A stretch of DNA of 52,339 nucleotides from IMG/VR virus record IMGVR_UViG_3300025652_000108, positions 1 to 52,339 of that record; one strand, 5' to 3'. The DNA is from a virus. Taxonomy: Duplodnaviria > Caudoviricetes. This document shows positions 27,221 through 34,789 of this stretch, piece by piece. The number at the start of each line of letters is the position of its first letter. Position 1 is the stretch's first letter. The notes beneath the pieces are model-generated. The model did not search any database. It was not told the DNA's origin and saw only the letters and a list, made by a program, of their open reading frames with translations. A program made the position numbers and the translations under genes.

Positions 27221-28018
27221 TTACCAAGTAAGATAAGGTAGCCGTTCCTCCGTTCGCTGGTTGATGGTTTTGAAGGCTATGAGACGCCACCGGTCTTGTG
27301 GTGTCAGGTCGTTGAACGATTGCTTGAGATACGTGCCCAGCTCTTTCGGTTGCGTCGACCAGTGTGTGTAACGCACCCCCGACCCACCGCAGATGTTATC
27401 CAGTGCGGTTCGTTGGTCTGCGGTAAGCCAATAATCTTTGTGCTCGGGCACGTAGAGTTCTTTCATACGCGCCCACGCTTTGGACGCCGCTCGCAGCTGG
27501 CGCAGGTGTGCTCGTTCCTCGGTGGTATATTTGGTCGGTGATGTGTGACGGATGGTATTGCCCCGCGGCTTGGCTTTAGGACCGGTATAGTAGACACCAC
27601 CCCTCCGACGGATATGCGCCGGTACGCTAGGGCTATGCAGCGTCGACGACGTGAGCATGAAACCCACGACCATGCGGTGGTCGAGGTCGAACCAGATTTC
27701 TTGGCTCTGGGACGCACCTCGAATCGTAAGGTTCAAGCCTGACTGCGTGATCTCTTCGCCCTGTGGTGTGCGCAGAGGTGCGCCGTCGATCAGGTCGGAC
27801 AGGATGTCGAGGCGGGCCGTCGATACTACCCCTGCACGGAGCCCTGCTTTCTCACCCATGTCGGGTCGCGTCAGGCGACCAGAGCCGGCGGTGGCGGAAC
27901 ACTCCCCTGTCTCGAATGTTACGACACGATCGTTCAACTCCGACACATGGAACAGACCGAACCGGTCCCAGTTTAAATTCCGGTGAGCACGCAGCTCAGG
28001 GACAGACATGATTTTCAT
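27221..28018 (-). CDS. Hypothetical early protein (265 aa)
   Basis: AAGGAG RBS; lies between two palindrome copies. Confidence 0.65.
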   Translation of the reverse strand: MKIMSVPELRAHRNLNWDRFGLFHVSELNDRVVTFETGECSATAGSGRLTRPDMGEKAGLRAGVVSTARLDILSDLIDGAPLRTPQGEEITQSGLNLTIRGASQSQEIWFDLDHRMVVGFMLTSSTLHSPSVPAHIRRRGGVYYTGPKAKPRGNTIRHTSPTKYTTEERAHLRQLRAASKAWARMKELYVPEHKDYWLTADQRTALDNICGGSGVRYTHWSTQPKELGTYLKQSFNDLTPQDRWRLIAFKTINQRTEERLPYLTW

Positions 28019-28068
28019 TGGTATCTCCTTCGATTATTTTGTGACACGTGTCACAGATTGAGGGTGCA

Positions 28069-28968
28069 TCAGAAAAAGTCGTGGCTTGCGACCTCGAGGT
28101 TCTCACTCTTTTGCATACGTGACATGTGGTTGTAGTCGGTGGCGTAGGCGACCTCGTCGAACCGTATGGCGTCTACCTCGTGCTTGATAATGCCCATGAG
28201 TCTCGCCCGGTTCACCTTCGCTGACAGGTCGTGCCGAGCCAGTCGCAGCGCGACCTCTGGCCAGCCTGTTCTGGGGCCACGGAGTAACTTGAGCAGCTCA
28301 GAGCCTTGGAGGCTGTGGTCGATACCCATCGCGTGTGCCAATGCTAGGTAGGTGGAGTAGTCAAGCCCGCGATCCCAGTGCCGTTGGTTTTTGGAAAGGT
28401 CCTTGAGCTCTATGTACGACACAAAGAAATCCATGAACTCACTGAGGTTGTGCTCTTTATAGCCCTCCGACGCGATCTTCCTATCCGTACGGTAGTGGCG
28501 CCACGGGACGACGGCAGGCGAGTTCTCGTCGATCGACCAGTAGAAATCCACAGGGTCCATAGTCAGCATGACATAAGACCCGCTCAGCTTATAGAGCCGC
28601 GCCTTCTCAACCGTAGCCGTAATAAGCCGAAGCACCGAGCAGTGCGCTGACACATCGACCGCAGCAGGCGTTAACGCGTTGATAAACGTAACAGTCGAAA
28701 CGGACGGATACATGCTGAGCACGACGCGCGGCACGCCATCGGCGTCGACAGGGTAGTAGCGCACGCAGTCGGTCTGGTGCAGCTGGAACACGACACTACC
28801 ATCGGCCTCGATACGCACGGTCTTAGGGTTGTTACCAGACCGACGACCCAGTGGGCGAGGTGCATCGCTGGCATAGCCACGCAGAGGTGTGATCCCGTCA
28901 TAGATGTCACGCGCAGAGCGGTGGCTGTAGACGCTTGGAAGGTCAGCAGAGTTAATTGAAAAGGCCAT
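28069..28968 (-). CDS. Hypothetical early protein (299 aa)
   Basis: Start refined to MAFSIN by GGAGAC RBS; lies between two palindrome copies. Confidence 0.65.
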   Translation of the reverse strand: MAFSINSADLPSVYSHRSARDIYDGITPLRGYASDAPRPLGRRSGNNPKTVRIEADGSVVFQLHQTDCVRYYPVDADGVPRVVLSMYPSVSTVTFINALTPAAVDVSAHCSVLRLITATVEKARLYKLSGSYVMLTMDPVDFYWSIDENSPAVVPWRHYRTDRKIASEGYKEHNLSEFMDFFVSYIELKDLSKNQRHWDRGLDYSTYLALAHAMGIDHSLQGSELLKLLRGPRTGWPEVALRLARHDLSAKVNRARLMGIIKHEVDAIRFDEVAYATDYNHMSRMQKSENLEVASHDFF

Positions 28969-29020
28969 TGAAGTCTCCGTAGGTTTTGATTGAGATTGAG
29001 TGAGTGTTTTGTGACACGTG

Positions 29021-29446
29021 TCACAGATTACTGGGGCGACGATCGGTGCGCTCATACACCACGGTCACATCGAAGCTGTCATACTGGTGGCGATACACCT
29101 TGAGCACAGCGCGGTAGCCGCTGTTCATATCCACACGCTGGATGCAGCTATCCAGTGAACGCTGAACAGCCTCGTCGCAAAACGAAATCGGATGGACAAC
29201 ATTGGTACCCACGTCACGCAGAATGATGAACATCACGTCATCCACGTCCAAGCGGGCCATCGCACCCGCGTCCCACAGTAGGTCGCTGTAGTACATATAC
29301 TTGTGGTCGAAGAATGGGATCGCCACCTTGGCCAGCTTGTCAAAGGCATTGCGGAACGCGTCATTACGCACGTCACTGGCCTCATAGGTCGGGTGCTTGG
29401 GCTGCCACTCGTGGTCGATCTGGTTCTGTGTTGTCGTGCTAAGCAT
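29021..29446 (-). CDS. Hypothetical early protein (141 aa)
   Basis: GGAGAC RBS before MLSTTT; TGA stop inside a palindrome copy. Confidence 0.6.
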   Translation of the reverse strand: MLSTTTQNQIDHEWQPKHPTYEASDVRNDAFRNAFDKLAKVAIPFFDHKYMYYSDLLWDAGAMARLDVDDVMFIILRDVGTNVVHPISFCDEAVQRSLDSCIQRVDMNSGYRAVLKVYRHQYDSFDVTVVYERTDRRPSNL

Positions 29447-29499
29447 GGTCGTCTCCATGTACTGGTTGGTGTTGGTTATTCTGTGACACGTGTCACAAA

Positions 29500-29694
29500 T
29501 CAGGCTGTCTCCGGGGCCACGTCGATCGTCCACAGGTCATCTTCCCATGCGAGGCATTCACGACTGTGAAAGTATGTGTCCGGTGGGCACAAATCAGGGC
29601 GCACCATGCGCAGATCACCACGCCAAGATGCGAGTGGAAAAACAGGATGCGTAGGTGCGTCCAACGTCAGGCGGTTAAGAATACTATCAAACAT
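29500..29694 (-). CDS. Hypothetical early protein (64 aa)
   Basis: AAGGA RBS before MFDSIL; stop 2 bp from a palindrome copy. Confidence 0.5.
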   Translation of the reverse strand: MFDSILNRLTLDAPTHPVFPLASWRGDLRMVRPDLCPPDTYFHSRECLAWEDDLWTIDVAPETA

Positions 29695-29786
29695 AGCATG
29701 TCCTTTCATGCGAGTTACAAGGGTGTGGTCTGTGACACGTGTCACAAAACCGTAGGTTAGTCGGTCAAGTTATCGACCTTACTAAT

Positions 29787-29815
29787 ACAGTATCATACTT
29801 AAAACCTTACGTCAA
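29787..29815 (-). promoter_or_regulatory. Putative sigma70-type promoter heading the cassette array
   Basis: Minus strand TTGACG-N17-TACTGT. Confidence 0.5.
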
Positions 29816-29894
29816 TAGTAAAGTTTTACACGAAAAAACTAAGAATAAGGAAATACGCGTGTCAGAATACACACACATCAGGCTGCGTGGCACG

Positions 29895-30338
29895 TAAGCC
29901 ATTGAAAACATTGCCACTAGTCCAACTTTTTGGGGGAGTAGTCCAGATGGGGTTTGGCTAAGTCCTTGAAAACATTGGCACTAGTCCAAGCTACGATATG
30001 TAGGGTTATAAAAAGGGGGTCTGCAAGCCATTGAAAACATTGCCACTAGTCCAAATAGTCCACTTTTTTGGGATTTTGGGAGCAGAGAGAGACCATATTT
30101 AGGGGAGGGTTAATTTATACGCAAAAAAGAATAGTCCAGAGAAGCTGTCTGGTTATATATATCTTCAAATGAGTGGACTAGTTGGACTATTTGGACTAGA
30201 GCCTTTAATATCAATGGGTTACGACCCCCCCAAATAGTCCACTCTACTTATAGGTGTGGTGTTGTTTGGACTAGTGCTAATGATTTCAATGACTTAGGTT
30301 TTTGAATTTGGACTAGTGCTAATGTTTTCAATGACTTA
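29895..30338. repeat. Iteron-like array: three direct plus three inverted 31-bp repeats; candidate replication origin
   Basis: TAAGCCATTGAAAACATTGCCACTAGTCCAA-like at 29895, 29959 and 30024; inverted at 30191, 30266 and 30308; AT-rich, non-coding. Confidence 0.8.
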
Positions 30339-30437
30339 GCGGCGATGCCTCTCAAACCACTGGTTTATAAGGGTTTTTTAGTTATTTTGTGACACGTGTC
30401 ACAGAAACTGCGTACGCGGTTGTATTGCAGATAGGTA

Positions 30438-30623
30438 TTGACATTGTGGCATTCGGTTGGTAAGACACTGTCGTGTCTTACCAGAATCAGTACGAAATAA
30501 CACGTTACGGTTCGATAGACCAAACCATCCATCAAACTACTATATCGCAAAACATCTGAGAAAAGATGTCGCGTTGTGTCTTGACATTGTGGCATCCGGT
30601 TGATAAGACACTGTCGTGTCTTA
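30438..30623 (+). promoter_or_regulatory. Duplicated 43-bp promoter-like element containing a hairpin
   Basis: TTGACA-N17-TAAGAC followed by TAAGACAC-TGTC-GTGTCTTA, at 30438-30480 and 30581-30623. Confidence 0.6.
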
Positions 30624-30684
30624 TCGAAAACTTACGGTTTAAGACCTTGCACCCCTTACCACGTATTCTGTGACACGTGTCACA

Positions 30685-30714
30685 AAAAAGCCCCGCAGCT
30701 TTCGCTCCGGGGCT
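30685..30714 (-). terminator. Intrinsic terminator
   Basis: Minus strand agccccggagc-gaaa-gctgcggggct followed by a T-run that runs into a palindrome copy. Confidence 0.75.
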
Positions 30715-30739
30715 CATGTCGTTTAGATGTGAAGGCGGT

Positions 30740-31228
30740 TTACTTTTTGCTGGCGAAGGCCTTGATCTCGCGCATCAGTACCGCTGGCATTACCTTGGCG
30801 TTTTTGTTCGCGTAGGCCAGTAGGAAAGCCGCAGCTTCAGCTGGCGTCACAGCTGGCGGTATCATCGTGGCTGTGGGTTTGGGTGTAGCGGGTGCCGTGG
30901 GTACAGTAGGCGTGCGAGCCCCGCCACGCGCATCGTTGGCCTTTACACCCGCATCGTCGCGTGCCCGCTGACGGATTTTTCTTGCGAGTGCCAGCGCGGC
31001 CTTTTGTGCGTCGGTGCGTTTAGCCCCGCGCTTCATGGCCTTGGTCACGGCCGCGTCGGACCGCATGTTGCAGCGCTTCTTAAAAAATACGCGGTCGAAT
31101 TCTGCTTCTTGCGCAGGCGTCAGCTTGCCGCCGTTGCCCTTGATGAAGTTGGCCAGATCAAGCCGCGATGTGGTGATCTTGTTTTCGGAGTCGGCGAAGT
31201 TGAAAGCGATTTTTGCGATGGTTGTCAT
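30740..31228 (-). CDS. Basic Ala/Lys-rich early protein (paralogue 1)
   Basis: AAGGA RBS; own terminator; similar to 31636-32199. Confidence 0.7.
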   Translation of the reverse strand: MTTIAKIAFNFADSENKITTSRLDLANFIKGNGGKLTPAQEAEFDRVFFKKRCNMRSDAAVTKAMKRGAKRTDAQKAALALARKIRQRARDDAGVKANDARGGARTPTVPTAPATPKPTATMIPPAVTPAEAAAFLLAYANKNAKVMPAVLMREIKAFASKK

Positions 31229-31530
31229 TTTGTCATTCCTTTGACTTGAGTTTTGTTATGTAGATCATTTGCTACAAGACCTTTATCGCATGTTCTCAAA
31301 CATAGGTCAATAAAAAAGAACACGTCAAAAGTTATTTGTTTTGTGACACGTGTCACAAAATGGGCAGGTCAAACCATGCGCGGGTCGGACCGGGACCATC
31401 CATCAAACTACTATATTGATAGGGCAAGGACGCTCAGCGAATACGATCGGCTGGTGCGAGGCGAGCATGATCCATCCATCAAACTACTATATTGACGGTG
31501 CGGGATCGGATCGGAAGATATGACACGCGC

Positions 31531-31562
31531 AAAGAAAAACCCCGCGCCTTGCGGCACGGGGT
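31531..31562 (-). terminator. Intrinsic terminator
   Basis: Minus strand accccgtgcc-gcaa-ggcgcggggt followed by ttttcttt. Confidence 0.7.
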
Positions 31563-31635
31563 GAGGTTCACGGTGTGAACAAGAGGATTGAGTAGAGGAT
31601 GACGACCAGCGCCGCCATCCCTATTATATCGCGGA

Positions 31636-32199
31636 TCATGTTTTGTTATGATCCTTGGCGAAAGCGATGATCGCTTGCTGCAGTGCCTTGCCGCTGCCTT
31701 TGGTGAATAGCTTGGCATTCTTGTTACCAGCAGCCAAGAGAAAGGCGGCCATTTCAATGTTTGATAAGAAGGCAGGGATCATTGTGGCTGCTGGCTTTGG
31801 TGCTGCCTTGGCTGCTGCTATTGCCTTGGCCGCTGGCGCTGGCGCCTTGCTTGCCTTGCCACGGTTGTCGCTGGCTTCTACGCCTGCCGCCTTGCGGATA
31901 CGCTGCAGAACCTTGCGTGCTGCAGTATAGGCTGCCTCTTGCTTTTCAGTGCGGCGTGCCTTGGCTGCTGCTTTGGATGTAAAGCCTTTCTTGGCTACGA
32001 TTGTGCGGGCTGCCTCGGCCGTTGTGAGGCGTAGGTAACCCATCATGTATCCGCTAACCACGGCGTTTTTCAGTGCAGGCGTTTCATCGCCAGCCGCCTT
32101 GTAAGCTGCGATCGCATCGAGCCGTGCCTTGTCTGCGTTGCCGTCTGCGCGGCCCCAAGCTGCAGTTGCGTTGATGAGTGTTGCGAATGTCTTAGTCAT
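31636..32199 (-). CDS. Basic Ala/Lys-rich early protein (paralogue 2)
   Basis: AAGGA RBS; own terminator; similar to 30740-31228. Confidence 0.7.
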   Translation of the reverse strand: MTKTFATLINATAAWGRADGNADKARLDAIAAYKAAGDETPALKNAVVSGYMMGYLRLTTAEAARTIVAKKGFTSKAAAKARRTEKQEAAYTAARKVLQRIRKAAGVEASDNRGKASKAPAPAAKAIAAAKAAPKPAATMIPAFLSNIEMAAFLLAAGNKNAKLFTKGSGKALQQAIIAFAKDHNKT

Positions 32200-32372
32200 T
32201 GTCCGAATCCTTTATCGGTTAGGGTTAGACGACAGCGACCGCTGCCGATAACCAAGAGGTAAAGTATGACGCGTTATAGTTCAAGCGGTTATTTTATGAA
32301 TTGTTATATTATTTTCCAAGCCATTGTTTTTATTGCATTTCTTTTTTGTGACACGTGTCACAAAGCCGGACG

Positions 32373-32449
32373 GCCCTGCCCCTATGCAATGCCCTGCCCC
32401 CGCCCCCGCCCCCGCCCTATGCCATGCCCTGCCCCCGCCCCCGCCCCCG
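32373..32449. repeat. C-rich low-complexity repeat (G-runs on minus strand)
   Basis: cctatgc(a/c)atgccctgcccccgcccccgcccccg twice with a 35-bp period. Confidence 0.8.
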
Positions 32450-32670
32450 TAGGGCAGGGTATATATGCCCCCACCCGCGGGGATTCTCTGCAGATGGCGA
32501 GGGGGGTGAGGGGGAAAAAGAATTCTTTTGATATATATATACCGTACCTCACACATTTTTTGCAAAATTTTAGGCTTTTTTATAAGGTGTTAAAATATGA
32601 GTCGTCACACTACACCAACGAAGTCGCTGGTAATTTTTATTCTTCGGCTGCTACAACCAAAGTCTGATTC

Positions 32671-32700
32671 TTGACGAATAGTGTTTTTACCCCTTATACT
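32671..32700 (+). promoter_or_regulatory. Putative promoter of the packaging/structural operon
   Basis: TTGACG-N18-TATACT 23 bp before the TerS start. Confidence 0.6.
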
Positions 32701-32723
32701 GTGACAGATAGCGAGGACGCACC

Positions 32724-33335
32724 ATGGCCCCCAAAAAAGCCGACATAATCGACATGTTACCTGATGACGTCACTGCTCTGCTGAGTGAGCTGGCGTTTAA
32801 CGACGCGATGGAGATCGAGGCAAAGCCTGAGGCACAGATTGAGGAGCCAGAGGAGATTCTGGTTCTGGACGCGGAGGTCGTGCCTGACGCGGAGCCGGTT
32901 GCTGTGGAAGAGATGCGTGTGGTGTCTTTAGCGCCTGCGCAGCCTTCGGACCCGTCGGAGCTGGGTGGTTATCCACCTACTTTGCCGATTGAGGTCGCGT
33001 TGCGGACGGCCCCGCCGGATGACATCCGTGTGGCGTACGGATTCAGCATGGAGCAGTGGATTGCTTTGCAGTCGATGCCGAGGTTCCAGAGTGATCTTAC
33101 GGCTGCCGAAAAGATGCTGTCTGAGGAGGGCATGTCCTTCAAAGCGAAAGCGCGTCTGCAGTCGGAGGCTTTGTTGCAGACCAGCTGGCAGATGATTCAC
33201 GACACCACTGGCGATGTGCCGCCGAATGTGAAAGCTGATCTTTTGAAGTTCACGGTGCGCGCGGCTGGGCTTGAGTCCAACCCGAAAGATCAGGCGGCGG
33301 CGTTCACGCCATTGCAGATCAACATCAATATGTAA
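32724..33335 (+). CDS. Putative terminase small subunit
   Basis: Directly upstream of TerL; helical; ends in LQININM, as TerS-type beta-tails do. Confidence 0.6.
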   Translation: MAPKKADIIDMLPDDVTALLSELAFNDAMEIEAKPEAQIEEPEEILVLDAEVVPDAEPVAVEEMRVVSLAPAQPSDPSELGGYPPTLPIEVALRTAPPDDIRVAYGFSMEQWIALQSMPRFQSDLTAAEKMLSEEGMSFKAKARLQSEALLQTSWQMIHDTTGDVPPNVKADLLKFTVRAAGLESNPKDQAAAFTPLQININM

Positions 33336-33347
33336 TAGGTAGGGCGT

Positions 33348-34781
33348 ATGGCGAAACCGAGTAACGCGATCGACTATGCGCCGCCGCCCACGCTTGCGGC
33401 GTATATGCGTGACTACTTGCCGAGCGAGTTGTTCTACGACTGGGTCGTCGGGCCGGTTGGTTCAGGTAAGACGACGGCGATTTTCTTCAAGTTGGTCTAC
33501 ATGGCCAAGCTGCAGGAGCCCGGGCCGGACGGCATACGGCGCACACGAGCCGTGATTGTGCGGAACACGCTGCCTCAGCTGCGCGATACTACGCTTACAT
33601 CGTGGAATTATTGGTTCAAGGATGGTCAAGCGGGCAAATGGTACGCCACACAGAACAAGTTTTTGCTGAAATTCGACGATGTCGAGTGCGAAGTGCTGTT
33701 CCGACCACTGGATACGCCTGACGACGTGGCCCGCGTGCTATCTTTAGAGATTACGTTCGCACTTTTGGACGAATTTGTGCAGATTCCACGCGAGATTGTC
33801 GACGCGTTGTCCGCGCGACTCGGCCGATACCCCTCCGCGATCGACGGCGGGGCGACGAATTGGGGTATGTGGGGCTCCTCGAACCCCGACACCGAGGATA
33901 ATTGGTGGTTTGACTACCTCCATACGACCCTACCTGAGAACGCGACGTATTTTTTGCAGCCATCAGGCCTTTCGGAGGGTGCAGAGAACGTCAAGAACCT
34001 GCCCGGTCAGCGCGATTACTACGTCAACCAAGCCAAAGGGAAGTCCGAAGGCTGGATCAAGCAGTTTATTGACGCAGAATGGGGCTATTCGGCGGCTGGT
34101 AAGCCCGTTGTGCCGACCTACAACAAGGACTTGCACATCGCGCGGCAGCCATTGCGCTACGACAGCACGTTACCGCTAGTGGCCGGGTTTGACCCGGGCA
34201 TTGGAGGCTCGGCGATGATCTTCGGACAGGAAGACCCGCACGGTAGACTGCGTGTGCTCGGTGAATTGGTCCAAGACGGGTACGGCGCGGAGCGGTTTAT
34301 CAACGAGATACTGCGGCCATACCTGCGACGGCGCTTCCCAGAGGCGAAATTGATCGTGGCACCGGACCCTGCCGCCGCCAGTCGAGCGCAGAGTGACGAG
34401 AATTCGGTGGTGCAGGTCTTTCGGCGTTACTTTGACGTTAAGATCGAGACGAATAACCGCTTGCCGCTTCGTTTGGACGCCATCGAGCACTACTCGTCAC
34501 GTCTGACGGACGTCGGGCCAGCCCTGCTGGTCGATCCTGCTCAGTGCCCTGTACTGGTACGTGCGCTCGGTGGGGGTTGGCGGTATGCTATGGACGCTAA
34601 GCGTGGTATCATACGTGGTGCGGAGCCCGAGAAAAACGCATATAGTCACCCCGGTGACGCGTTCGGGTACCTGTGCCGGTTCTACCACAGGCAGGCGCAG
34701 CGCGGTGGCGACTACGGTATAGGCGGCGCCAAGAAATTTACACCCCCACGTAGCTTCGGTGCTGCGTATCACTTTAGGTAG
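33348..34781 (+). CDS. terL: Terminase large subunit
   Basis: Walker A GPVGSGKT, VRNT..QL.DTT, Walker B LLDE, nuclease GFDPG, SH..DA. Confidence 0.92.
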   Translation: MAKPSNAIDYAPPPTLAAYMRDYLPSELFYDWVVGPVGSGKTTAIFFKLVYMAKLQEPGPDGIRRTRAVIVRNTLPQLRDTTLTSWNYWFKDGQAGKWYATQNKFLLKFDDVECEVLFRPLDTPDDVARVLSLEITFALLDEFVQIPREIVDALSARLGRYPSAIDGGATNWGMWGSSNPDTEDNWWFDYLHTTLPENATYFLQPSGLSEGAENVKNLPGQRDYYVNQAKGKSEGWIKQFIDAEWGYSAAGKPVVPTYNKDLHIARQPLRYDSTLPLVAGFDPGIGGSAMIFGQEDPHGRLRVLGELVQDGYGAERFINEILRPYLRRRFPEAKLIVAPDPAAASRAQSDENSVVQVFRRYFDVKIETNNRLPLRLDAIEHYSSRLTDVGPALLVDPAQCPVLVRALGGGWRYAMDAKRGIIRGAEPEKNAYSHPGDAFGYLCRFYHRQAQRGGDYGIGGAKKFTPPRSFGAAYHFR

Positions 34782-34789
34782 GGTCCGAG

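Larger units (their letters stand above)
30525..31492. repeat. Three exact copies of CCATCCATCAAACTACTATAT
   Basis: At 30525-30545, 31396-31416 and 31472-31492, all intergenic. Confidence 0.85.
24614..32362. repeat. 11 dispersed exact copies of palindrome TGTGACACGTGTCACA
   Basis: Copies start at 24614, 26052, 27121, 28040, 29010, 29482, 29731, 30388, 30669, 31342 and 32347; none noticed elsewhere in the window. Confidence 0.95.

Noticed and set aside
24595-29745. ORF-track N-terminal extensions reading through the palindromes (MTRVT, CDTCH, MSQ peptides)
   Set aside because: These are translations of the repeat; RBS-supported starts lie downstream.
24614-29746. Classical integron with attC sites
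   Set aside because: No IntI or other tyrosine recombinase seen; the repeats lack the RYYYAAC/GTTRRRY ends and the length of attC sites. Only the layout is analogous.
29895-30338. 31-bp repeats as a mini-CRISPR
   Set aside because: Only one interval (33 bp and 34 bp gaps among the three direct copies aside) fits; half the copies are inverted, the repeats are degenerate and the gaps contain the same core motif, which fits iterons better.
24614-32362. Palindrome series as a CRISPR array
   Set aside because: Intervals are about 250-1440 bp and contain whole genes; the repeat is only 16 bp; no cas operon.
32266-32667. Pro-rich and Gly-rich ORFs across the C-rich repeat
   Set aside because: Low-complexity translations of a regulatory or terminal region with no clear RBS.
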